Shown here: positions 30,766 to 40,500 of the stretch, in pieces | How the letters are laid out: each line of letters begins with the position of its first letter | Numbering within the stretch: the stretch's first letter is position 1 | NCBI GenBank assembly: GCA_034669905.1 | Contig: JAXMOL010000046.1 | Span: 1-64,000 of the forward strand | Length of the DNA: 64,000 nt | Source: Candidatus Hydrogenedentota bacterium | Lineage (GTDB): Bacteria; Hydrogenedentota; Hydrogenedentia; Hydrogenedentales; JAEUWI01 | Direction: 5' to 3' | Program-made: the position numbers and the translations under genes | The notes under the pieces: model-generated | Seen by the model: the letters and a program-made list of their open reading frames with translations, nothing else | The model's database searches: none | What the model was told of the DNA's origin: nothing

Positions 30766-31269
30766 ATGTTTGGTCGTCACCGTAAGTCCGAAGGACATCG
30801 CCGGGGCCCTTTCATGCGGGTGCTCGTCAAGTTGTTGCTCTTGCTGCTGGTATTCAGCGCCGGGGGTATAACGGGCGGCTTCTATGGCCTCAACCTGGCC
30901 TTCAGCAAAATGCGGGAGCACGCGACCCACATCGCGGAGTTACCCGACCACGCCGTGCCCCGACTGGCCGAGCAGTTGTCCTTGACGGATGAGCAGCTCC
31001 CGCTCTTCGACGCGGCGTTTCGTCGGCACCACAGTCTGATTGTGGAAGTGGAAGGTCAGAATGCGGTCGCGGTGCACCAACACTTTTACGAAATGGGCAA
31101 GGAAATTCTGGCGCTGCTCGATGAGACACAGGCGGCGGAGTTTCGGGAGACCCACCGGAAGATTTGTTCGGTTTTTCTCCCTCCCTTCCCGATTAACTTC
31201 ACGGTGGATGGGAAAGCCCCGGTGCACCATTGTCTGGAGCTACAGCAGCAGGACGACACGACGGAATAG
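30766..31269 (+). CDS. Membrane-anchored periplasmic helical protein, Spy/CpxP/heavy-metal-sensor-like
   Basis: Starts immediately after the previous stop; N-terminal TM; LSLTDEQ and LLDETQ motifs resemble LTxxQ; His-rich. Confidence 0.6.
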   Translation: MFGRHRKSEGHRRGPFMRVLVKLLLLLLVFSAGGITGGFYGLNLAFSKMREHATHIAELPDHAVPRLAEQLSLTDEQLPLFDAAFRRHHSLIVEVEGQNAVAVHQHFYEMGKEILALLDETQAAEFRETHRKICSVFLPPFPINFTVDGKAPVHHCLELQQQDDTTE

Positions 31270-31280
31270 TACGCGCTGCT

Positions 31281-32219
31281 TCAGCGCGACGGGGGCACAA
31301 ACTCCGGAATCATCTCCTGAGCAATGGGGCGCAGTCGTTCTACCTCACGCTCCGGTATCGCGCGGTAGGGCCAGCGCATCCGGTATCCCACATCCGTCCA
31401 CCCACCGATACCCGCCAACAGCCGATCACAGGCGCCCGGACAATAGCCCCCTTCGGTGATAAAGGGTACGATGTGCCCCACGATGAATTCGCAGAGTCGT
31501 GACTCCACTTCCAGCGCCCCCTCGGGGTCCGTCTGCATCTGCGTATACCAGGCCTGCGCAGCCCCGGGGTGTAAACAGGCGGCATTGGAATAGGCACCCG
31601 ATGCGCCCTCCCCCACACCCGTCGCCAAACGATGGCCAGGCACAAACACACTCAGGTGCCCAATGTGCTTGCGCATGGCTTCGAACCAGGCCCCATCGCC
31701 GCCGGCGGTCTTTACGCCGACGAGCCTTGGTACCGACTTGGAAATAATCCCGATTTCTTCCGGGCTCAGCACCCGCTTCGCATGGGGTGGATTGTAGAGC
31801 ACAAGGCCGATGCCCGCTGCGCTTTCGGCCATGCCGTGGAGAAAGGCGATGGCCTCGTCCAGGGTGACGGGATACCAGTCAGGTAGAATTACCTGAACGG
31901 CACTGGGGGCGAGGGCGACTACCCGTTCGAGACGTTCCCGGGATATCTGGGCACTCATATGGCTCACACCGATTTGGAACGGCACGGTGGCCTGTTCGCA
32001 GCGCGTGGCGAGCAAGGCGCTTACGGCATCAAACTCGGACTCCGTGAGGGTGTGAAACTCCCCTGCTGTACCGCAGCTGTAGATGCCATCCACGCCGAAG
32101 GAAATCATGCGGTCGATGGCTTCCTCTACCCGGTGGAGGTCCAGACTTCCATCTTGGTTCCAGGCAAGCAACAGGGTGGCCCAATTTCCCCGGATAGCGT
32201 CTGCGTCCAATGCGTTCAT
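31281..32219 (-). CDS. Dihydrodipicolinate synthase/NAL-family class I aldolase
   Basis: GTAGEF, LYNPP (Tyr), GVKTAG (Schiff-base Lys). Confidence 0.85.
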   Translation of the reverse strand: MNALDADAIRGNWATLLLAWNQDGSLDLHRVEEAIDRMISFGVDGIYSCGTAGEFHTLTESEFDAVSALLATRCEQATVPFQIGVSHMSAQISRERLERVVALAPSAVQVILPDWYPVTLDEAIAFLHGMAESAAGIGLVLYNPPHAKRVLSPEEIGIISKSVPRLVGVKTAGGDGAWFEAMRKHIGHLSVFVPGHRLATGVGEGASGAYSNAACLHPGAAQAWYTQMQTDPEGALEVESRLCEFIVGHIVPFITEGGYCPGACDRLLAGIGGWTDVGYRMRWPYRAIPEREVERLRPIAQEMIPEFVPPSR

Positions 32220-32540
32220 GATGTGTGTGTACTCCCGTTTTCACCATCGAATTTCCCCCACGTGTCCCGCGTCTTCAAGGGGAAGGCGCCTGATCCTAAC
32301 AGCTGACGCGCACCGACTGCCTGTTTTTTGTTTCGATATCCCGCCCGGATAAAATATGGGCTTAATAGGCTTTAATTCGCGAAAACGAAAGCGTAGAATG
32401 GAAGGAAACAGATAGCAGTTCAATTGAATTGACTACCTGATGATGATCTCGGGTTCCGTTCCTGCGGGGAGAACGCCCGGACATCACCTCCGGGGATGCC
32501 CGCCGAGCGGAAACCATTGGACATTGTATGGAGATGACCA

Positions 32541-33815
32541 ATGAGACGTTCTATTTCCTCCCCCCAATGCTCGCGCCGCCGTTTTCTTCACACCAGCCTG
32601 GCTGCTGTCAGTGGTGCGGTGCTCGCCCCCTCTATTCTTGTCCGCCCTGCCCACGCGAACGTGGCCGCGAGCGAACGACTTGGTATCGGTGTAATCGGAC
32701 TCGGTGGCCGCGGTCGACGGGTCATGCAGGCATTCCTGGAGCAGCCGGATACCCAGGTCCGCGCGGTGTGTGATTGCTTCGCGGATCGTCGCCAGACCGG
32801 TGTCGACCAGGTCAACACGTATTATGGCAATCAAGACTGTGACGCCCATATCGACTTTCTGGAGATACTTGAGCGACCCGACATCGATGCCGTGCTGATT
32901 GCGACGGGCGACAACTGGCACGCCGGTGTCTCGCTCCTGGCGGCCCGGGCTGGCAAAGACATCTATTGCGAAAAGCCCATGAGTGTGACCGTCGCGGAAT
33001 CGCGGGCGGTGGCCGATACGATGAAACGATTGGGACGCATATTCCAATGCGGTACCCAGCGCCGAAGCATCGGGAACTTTCGCTTCGCCGTCGATCTGGC
33101 CCGCAGCGGGAAATTGGGTGAATTGAAGGAACTGCATGCCGAGGAAGCACCGGGCATGAAGGTCCTGTACGACACCGTGCTCCCGGAAGAACCCGAACCG
33201 CCGCGCGAAGAGTTCGACTGGAACCGCTGGCTCGGCCCCTCACTCTGGCGGCCCTACAACCAGAAATATCCGACCCGCGGCTTTTGGAGCGCCCATGTGG
33301 ACTGGAGTGGTGCCTCGGTCACGGAATGGGGTAGCCATACGGTGGACATCTGCCAGTGGGCCAATAGCTCTGACGATACGGGGCCGGTCGAGTATTGGCA
33401 GGAAGGGGATCGCTGGGTTTCCAAGTATGCCAATGGCACCAAGCTTATCATTCGTAATGGTCTTCGCTTTGGAAGTTGCCCTGTCCGCTTTGAAGGGACC
33501 GAGGGCTGGGTGGAAACCGGTGACTCGGGCGAAATCGAGGCCTGGCCCAAATCCTTGTTGGGTAACCGCGGCTTCGAAGGGGGCTATCCCCCCGAGAATC
33601 ACGTCCGTGCCTTTCTCGATAGTGTCGTCAGTCGCCAGGAATGTGTTTCTGACGCCGAAGTGGCCCACCGGAGTATCTCGGCCTGTCACGTGACCAATAT
33701 CGTGAAGCGCCTGGGACGGCCCGTGAAATGGGATCCGGAAACGGAGACGATCATCGACGATGCCGAGGCAAATCGCCTGTTGTCCCGGGCCTATCGTGAC
33801 CCGTGGTACCTCTAG
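32541..33815 (+). CDS. Tat-exported Gfo/Idh/MocA oxidoreductase
   Basis: SRRRFL Tat motif; IGVIGLGGRG; DIYCEKPM; GTQRRS; WGSHTVD. Confidence 0.9.
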   Translation: MRRSISSPQCSRRRFLHTSLAAVSGAVLAPSILVRPAHANVAASERLGIGVIGLGGRGRRVMQAFLEQPDTQVRAVCDCFADRRQTGVDQVNTYYGNQDCDAHIDFLEILERPDIDAVLIATGDNWHAGVSLLAARAGKDIYCEKPMSVTVAESRAVADTMKRLGRIFQCGTQRRSIGNFRFAVDLARSGKLGELKELHAEEAPGMKVLYDTVLPEEPEPPREEFDWNRWLGPSLWRPYNQKYPTRGFWSAHVDWSGASVTEWGSHTVDICQWANSSDDTGPVEYWQEGDRWVSKYANGTKLIIRNGLRFGSCPVRFEGTEGWVETGDSGEIEAWPKSLLGNRGFEGGYPPENHVRAFLDSVVSRQECVSDAEVAHRSISACHVTNIVKRLGRPVKWDPETETIIDDAEANRLLSRAYRDPWYL

Positions 33816-33866
33816 GATTCAGCGCCGCATTCGTACCTTTCGGAGCGGCAGCAGAAAGTTCTTGTC

Positions 33867-35810
33867 ATGTATTTTAATACGACCCAACGACTACTTTCCC
33901 TTGTATTCTGCTTATTTGTCGTTATTGCAACACAGGGTGCCTCGGCACAGGACACGACCCAGCCCACAGAAGATGTGCTCCTCGGGGTGCTTGCTGCAGA
34001 CGGCGATTACATGACCCACCTGGCCGCTTTCCGCGGCCTGCGACAGGTGGGCACCGAAAGCGCCGTGCCCGTGGTGGCAGGATTTCTCCACGACGAGCAA
34101 AAATCGCACCTTGCCCGGTATGTGTTGGAGCCCATGGCCTCGGATGCGGCAGGCGAAGCACTGCGCAGCGCCTTGGAAGGTGCCCCGACGACCGTGCTGC
34201 CCGGACTCCTGACATCGCTGGGAGCGCGACGGGATGGCGCCGCGATTTCGGCGATCACCCCCCTGCTCGGTCATGGTGATGCCGCGGTGGTCCACCATGC
34301 CAAGGCTGCGTTAGGGCGCATCGCGACCGAAGCGTCGGTTCAGGTCTTGACCGAAGCCCTCGCCGCGAGTCCCGGCGATGTGGATCTTGCGGAAGCCCTC
34401 CTCGCAGCGGCCCAGGCCCTCGTGGCAGATGGCAACAAGAAAGCGGCTGTTCCCGTTTATCAGGCCCTGCGGAAGAAGGAAAATCCCGACTTCATACGCG
34501 TGGGTGCCTTTAAGGGCCTCATCGCCGCCGCACCCGGAAAAGCCCCGCCACGGGTACTCAAAGCCCTGCAGGGTAAGTCGCCCCGTTATCGTAACCTGGC
34601 GCGGGAAGCCATCGCAGAAACGCGCGGCAAAAAGGCCACGGCGGCCTACGTGGAAGCCCTGCCGACCCTGCCCGATCCCTTGAAAGTGGAAGTGATTTCA
34701 GGCTTATCGCGACGGGGCGATAAGGCCGCACGGGAAGGGGTGCTGGAAGCGCTCTCGAGTGAATCGCCCGCCGTACAGCGCGCCGCCATTGAGGCGTTGG
34801 GAAATCTGGGTATGGCGAAGGATGTACCCGTCCTCGCCGAGCTGATGGTATCTCCCGATGCGGAGACGGCCACGGTGGCCCGCAACAGCCTGATTCGGCT
34901 TCGCGGCCCGCAGGTCGATGGCGCCCTGGTCGCCCTGCTCGCACCGTCGGACCCGGAAACCCGGGCAGGACTGCTGAACCTGTTGGACGTGCGTGTGTCT
35001 GACAAGGCGGTGCCCCAGGCCCGGAAGTACCTGGATGATGAGGCCGAAGTCGTACGACTGGCGGCACTCAATGTACTCCTCCAGCAAGGCAAATTCAGCG
35101 AATTTGACGCCGTGCTGAATGTGCTGAAGAATGCCCCGGGAGAAGCGGAACAGTCCCTCGCGGGTCGGACCCTCTCTGCCATCGCGAAGCACGATAGCGA
35201 AGAATCCCTGCCCCGCCTCTTGTCGGTGCTCGATGAGAGCGACGAGCGTGTGCAAGTGACGCTCGTGGACGGATTGGGCGCTATCGGTGGTCCCGAAGCC
35301 CTCGCGGCAATCACGGCCCGTTTGGAAGAAGGGGCGCCTGCGGTTAAAAAGAAGGCCCTGGACGTGCTTCGTGCCTGGCCGACGCAAGACGCCGCAGAAA
35401 CTTTGCTTGCCATGGCCCAATCGGAGGATGAAGCCACCCATGACGCGGGGCTGACGGGCTACACGCGACTTGCCCGTAGTCACCCGGAACATGATCCGAA
35501 GAATGAGATGATGGCCACGGCCATGTCACTCACCCGGAGCAAGGAAGAAAAATGGATGGTCCTTTCCGCCTACGGCACCGTACATACGGGACCCGCGTTG
35601 GACGCGTTGGATACGCAGCTCGATGATCCCGAGGTGAAGAAAGAGGCGGCCATGGCCTTGCTGAAAGTCTGCGAGGCGGTGAAAGGCCACGGCGCCCCCG
35701 CCCACCCGCGGGTACGCAAATCGCTGGAGCTATTGAAGGCGAAGGTGGATTCCGAGTACGTCCAGAAGAAGGCCGACGAACTGTTGGCGGGCCTCGAAGA
35801 TAAACAATAG
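33867..35810 (+). CDS. Secreted HEAT-repeat protein
   Basis: Signal peptide (ASA|Q); repeated helical units such as ALGRIA, AAIEALGNLG, VRLAALNVL. Confidence 0.8.
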   Translation: MYFNTTQRLLSLVFCLFVVIATQGASAQDTTQPTEDVLLGVLAADGDYMTHLAAFRGLRQVGTESAVPVVAGFLHDEQKSHLARYVLEPMASDAAGEALRSALEGAPTTVLPGLLTSLGARRDGAAISAITPLLGHGDAAVVHHAKAALGRIATEASVQVLTEALAASPGDVDLAEALLAAAQALVADGNKKAAVPVYQALRKKENPDFIRVGAFKGLIAAAPGKAPPRVLKALQGKSPRYRNLAREAIAETRGKKATAAYVEALPTLPDPLKVEVISGLSRRGDKAAREGVLEALSSESPAVQRAAIEALGNLGMAKDVPVLAELMVSPDAETATVARNSLIRLRGPQVDGALVALLAPSDPETRAGLLNLLDVRVSDKAVPQARKYLDDEAEVVRLAALNVLLQQGKFSEFDAVLNVLKNAPGEAEQSLAGRTLSAIAKHDSEESLPRLLSVLDESDERVQVTLVDGLGAIGGPEALAAITARLEEGAPAVKKKALDVLRAWPTQDAAETLLAMAQSEDEATHDAGLTGYTRLARSHPEHDPKNEMMATAMSLTRSKEEKWMVLSAYGTVHTGPALDALDTQLDDPEVKKEAAMALLKVCEAVKGHGAPAHPRVRKSLELLKAKVDSEYVQKKADELLAGLEDKQ

Positions 35811-35858
35811 ATCTATTGACCAGGCGTGCGTCCGCGAAAGGTATCGCGGGCGCACGTT

Positions 35859-37436
35859 TTATTTCATGGTGGCGTTTGCCCGAAACTGTCGTGCCAGGGC
35901 TTCCCACCGGGCTGTCAGATTGGCCAAGGTGCCCGGATAGGTGTTCGCCCTATCGTTCATTTCACCGCGATCCGTTTTCATATCGTAAAGCAACCACGTG
36001 GACTCGTCCTCCCGTTTTACCGCCTTCCAATCGGCCACGCGAATGGCCGAGCGCCCCTCGTGGTGCCACCAGAGATACTTTGGCATATGGTCTTCGTTGT
36101 TTACGATAGCGGGCAGGAGCGATGTGCCGGGAGGCTGAGGCCCCTGCTCCCCCGTTGCGGGGGTGATTCCGACCGCAGCCAATAAGGTGGGCACTATATC
36201 GACGAAGTGCCCGGGTTGATGACGCAATTCCCCGCGCGCCGTAAACCCTGCCGGCCAATGAACAATGAGGGGCGAGGCGATCCCCCCTTCATGGGTCCAC
36301 GACTTGTGGAGCCGGAACGGCGTGTTGGCTGCCGTGGAAAACCCGGGGCCCAGGCACAGGTAGGATTCAGCGGTGCCGGGTACAGCGCTCTTGTCATGTT
36401 CGTCGGCCCGAATGATCTGCTCGGCGCTGGCGCCATTGTCCGATACGAAGAGTATCAGCGTATTCTCCAGTGCGTCCATCGCCCGAAGCTGCTCCAAGAC
36501 CCGTCCAATCTCCTGGTCCATGCGGTCTACCATGGCCGCGTGGATGGCCATCTTGGTGGCCTGGAAGTGTTTTTGGGTTTCCGAAAGCTCCGACCAGGCC
36601 ACGGCCTCGGATACTTCACCCGGGCCAATGCGGTCTTCCAGTTCTTCCCACGTGAGGTTGTAGGGCGGCTTTATCTCGGGATTTCTGGGCGGAAGCGGTG
36701 TGTCTGTCAGGCCCTGCTCAAGGAGCCGCTCCCAACGTGCGTGCCGAATGGCGTCCCAGCCTTCGAGATAGCGGCCGCGGTACCGGTCAATATCTTCCTG
36801 CAGTGCGTGCAGCGGAAAATGGGGCGAGGTAAAGGCCAGGTAATGGAAGAAGGGGCGGTCTGCGAAGTTCGCGTGGTGTTCCTGGAGCGTCTGCACCGCG
36901 TGGTCAGCGATGGCAATCGTGGCGTAGTATCCGCTATCGGCTTTCGGTTGGGGTAGCGCCTCGTCGTCGAGAAAGTGTTTCGTGGGTGTGAAGAAGCGGT
37001 CCTGATCGTGCAGTGAATAGGAACGGTCGAAACCATTCTGGAGTGGCTCGCCATCCAGATGCCACTTGCCGGAATGGTAGGTGCGGTAGCCAGCCGCTTT
37101 CAGGTGAACGGGCACGAGGGGTGCCCACGCGGGACGGTTTCCCAGTTTGGTGTCGTTGAATTTGTCCCGACGTACCTGTTGGGGATAATAGCCGGTAAGT
37201 AAGGCGGCCCGCGAAGGCCAGCATCTTCCCGTGGAGTAGAACTGGGTAAACCGCACGCCCCCCTCGGCCAGTCGGTCCAGGCTGGGCGTCTTGATTTCGC
37301 CTCCATAGCATCCGGCGTCGGAAAAGCCCATGTCATCGGCCAGGATCAGCAGGATGTTGGGGCGCGAATCTGCCGGGGCAAGGGTGGTCCAAAGGGTGAC
37401 CCCCCACACGAGTAAGAGTCGGCAATGTGGGTTCAT
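35859..37436 (-). CDS. Arylsulfatase
   Basis: PNILLILADDMG, CWPSRAALLTG, GKWHL, SDNG, HEGGIASP. Confidence 0.9.
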   Translation of the reverse strand: MNPHCRLLLVWGVTLWTTLAPADSRPNILLILADDMGFSDAGCYGGEIKTPSLDRLAEGGVRFTQFYSTGRCWPSRAALLTGYYPQQVRRDKFNDTKLGNRPAWAPLVPVHLKAAGYRTYHSGKWHLDGEPLQNGFDRSYSLHDQDRFFTPTKHFLDDEALPQPKADSGYYATIAIADHAVQTLQEHHANFADRPFFHYLAFTSPHFPLHALQEDIDRYRGRYLEGWDAIRHARWERLLEQGLTDTPLPPRNPEIKPPYNLTWEELEDRIGPGEVSEAVAWSELSETQKHFQATKMAIHAAMVDRMDQEIGRVLEQLRAMDALENTLILFVSDNGASAEQIIRADEHDKSAVPGTAESYLCLGPGFSTAANTPFRLHKSWTHEGGIASPLIVHWPAGFTARGELRHQPGHFVDIVPTLLAAVGITPATGEQGPQPPGTSLLPAIVNNEDHMPKYLWWHHEGRSAIRVADWKAVKREDESTWLLYDMKTDRGEMNDRANTYPGTLANLTARWEALARQFRANATMK

Positions 37437-37505
37437 GGCATGTGTCCTGAAGGCGGGGCAGCGTCTATCACAACACCTGCCGCCCCGTGTACAGCAACGT
37501 GATGT

Positions 37506-40500
37506 CTATTCACCCGGCGAAGGCGCGGCACCCTCCCAGTTGGTGGCGTCATTTCCGTATGCCGTCCGGTTTACCCGGTGCAGCGCGTCGCCTTCCCCAT
37601 CGGCCGAAGGCGGCCACGGGTCCTTCGAATCATAGCGTACCCGGTCCCGACGAATGAAGTACTGGGTGCCCAATTCATCGGTGTCTCCGGGCTGGGAAAG
37701 CTCCAGGGCTTCGCCATCACTGAGCTGTCCGCCGAACGGCCCCAACACAGTGGCGTTGTTACTCACGTCATAGGTGCTTTCAAAGGCGTCCAGGTCTTTC
37801 ACCACGACAATATAACTGAAGGGGGCAATGGTGGTGTTGGCGGGGAAACTGAAGTCGATTCCCGCGGTGAATCGCCAGGGGATTCCCTGTTCATCGTAGA
37901 GGGCAATCGGGGTGTTGGTGTAATTGTAGAGTTCCACGAACTCCTGACGGCGATCGTTGGAGCCGGGGTCATACATGATCTCGGTGATAACCACCGGGCT
38001 CAACGCCGGGGTGGCATTGGCACTGCCCGGAGTTGTAGCGGAAAGGGGCGGGAAGTTAATGTCGTCATCATTTGTCGCATAGCGACCAAAGCTTACGCCG
38101 GTCGCCGAGGCCCCGAAGTCTTCACGGTCACGGTATCCCGTGAGGGTCCCATTGGAAGCGGAGCTGAGGTAGACCGTTTCCCCATTTTCACTCAGTGCGA
38201 AGGGGCTCAGCGTGCCGGGCGCGCTGCCGTTGTTGAAATGTTCATCCTCGTAGAACACGAGGTAGGCCCCGGCATTGATGACGCTCCCAGCGGGGAGTTC
38301 ATACTTCTGCAGGTTATTTGCACTGTCGCTCAGGAACCAGCCACTCACGTCGATGGCATCTTCCGAGGTGTTGTAGAGCTCGATCCAGTCGGGCGCTTCG
38401 TCGTGGGAATGGGCCAGAATCTCATTGATGACGACCGAGCCCGGTGCGGGGATCAGGTGCTCATCGTCGCTCCCCGGACTTCCTCCCAGGCGGCTGCTAC
38501 TGCGCCAGTTACGGCTGGTATTCCAATCTGACAGCGGGTCCCCGTCTTCTTCGAGAATCTGCAGGGCATAGCCTCCCCCATCGGCGAGGTCATACCACCG
38601 CTCGCCATAGCGGAAATCATGGAGCACGTTGCCGGCGCCATCTTCCAGCACGATCCGTTCGCCGTCGTTGTTCAGCTGCCCGGAATAGGTGCCGGCAATG
38701 GAGACGCCTGCGCCATAGACGCTGACGAAGGCCGCCTCGTCTTTGACGAGGACGGTGCTCATTCCCGGTTGGAGGGTCTGGTCCGGAAAAGTGAAACGAA
38801 TTCCGTCGGTGAAGGCGAGTTGGTAGAGGTTGACGGGCGAGGTGCCGATGTTCTTCAACTCGATGAATTCCGCATCGGGATGGCCCACCGGTGCGTCCGC
38901 AGGGTGGAACATGATTTCCGTGATGCGAATTCGGTTGGCCAAATCGTTCGGCACGAAGACCGCCTCGCTCAGCGCGCTCCAGATGCCGTCTTCCTGTATC
39001 CGGGCGCGGACCCAGGTGTTCTGGCTTAGCGTCAGAGAATCCGTATAGAGCTGTGCACTGGGGTTGACGGCGGCCATGCCCCCCTCGTCCAGTGCCGCAG
39101 AGAGACGTGGATCACTGCCATCCAGGGTATAGTAGAGAGTGCCCCCGGAATTCGGATTGGAAAGACTCAGCGCGGCGTTGGCCGCGAAGGCGCCCCCATG
39201 TTGCCGCACGCCATTGACGAGGAAGCGGGGTGCCCGGACATCGGGGAACCAACCCTGCCCCTTGAGTTGTTCCAGCACGACCGCGGTGCGCGTAGGAAGG
39301 AGCATATCCACCACGCCGTCGACGGCGGCCAGCCAGTCGTCATCGCGGGTGCGCGGTGGATTCTCTGCCCCTCGGACGATATCGCCGAAGCGAGCCGATT
39401 CCCCGATAATCGCCCGGTCGATTTGATTCGCCCGCGTGAGGAACCGTTCGGTCGTTGCGGTTGGGGTCAGGGCGCCGTCGTTGAAGAAATGACGCTGCAC
39501 GCGGTCGGCGAAACGCATCTGGTATTCGGGATGGGCCAGCAGGCGCTGATGGATGGTTTGCGGGTTGTTGTTCTGGAAGAGCAGGAGGTTGGGGTGCAGG
39601 TAGGGCCCCGTTCGGTCCTGGTGGGGATTCGAGTGATCACCGTCGGGGAGGAATTCCCCGAGTTCTGTTGCGTGGGCGACCATGGACACCCCGGAGTCAT
39701 GGAGAAAGAACTTAAATCCATCCGGATTGCTGCGGTTATACACGGCCCAGATATTGTTTAACCCCGCGTTGGGAGTGCCCTCGTTGTCCGTGTAGAACCA
39801 CGATACCGGGGCGTCGAAATTGGCGGTGTAGTAGATGACCAGCATGTAGTCAATGAGATTGTCGATGTCGATCAGCTTGGGCAAGGTGGCATGGGGCGAG
39901 CCGTCGGGATTGAGGCCCTGCACCCCATAGTAGTTGGCGTCGGTGTTGAATTCTCCCAACATGGCTTGCCAGAGCGCCTGCCATGCCGCGGTGTTCCCGT
40001 CGATTACATCGTCGCCATTCTTGATGACGTCATAGTCGTCCGCATTACCACCGAAATAGGTCTCGGCATACTCCTTTTCCGAACGCTCCTGGGACTGATA
40101 GACGCCCCAGTAGACGCCATTGAGATACAGATGGTAGAAGCGACTGCGGGTGTAGGGTTGCCCCATGTCGCGTTGGGTGTCTCGGGAGAAGACGTCCCGA
40201 CCATAGGTAAAGAGGTCTGCGGCCAGCTCACTGAGTGCATCGTCGTCCCGGTCACTGTTGTGCCAGGAAAAATCATTGCTTGTGCGTAAATCGATTTTGT
40301 CGAATTCATCCACGCCTTCGTCGCCGAAGAGCGGGAAACGTAGCTTGGTGGCCCCATATTCTCCGCGGAAGAATAGCCGAAACGCATGCTTCACGTTGGT
40401 GCCGCGACGGCTCCAACCGCCTCGAATACGGATGCCGGCATCGATCTGAAAGGTTTCCTCGCCTGCGGGGTCGAGAAGTTCCAGCGAGATGGGCCGTTCC

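Noticed and set aside
31281..32219. Calling this gene dapA
   Set aside because: Family motifs are present but the sequence is divergent and the context is catabolic; substrate cannot be assigned.
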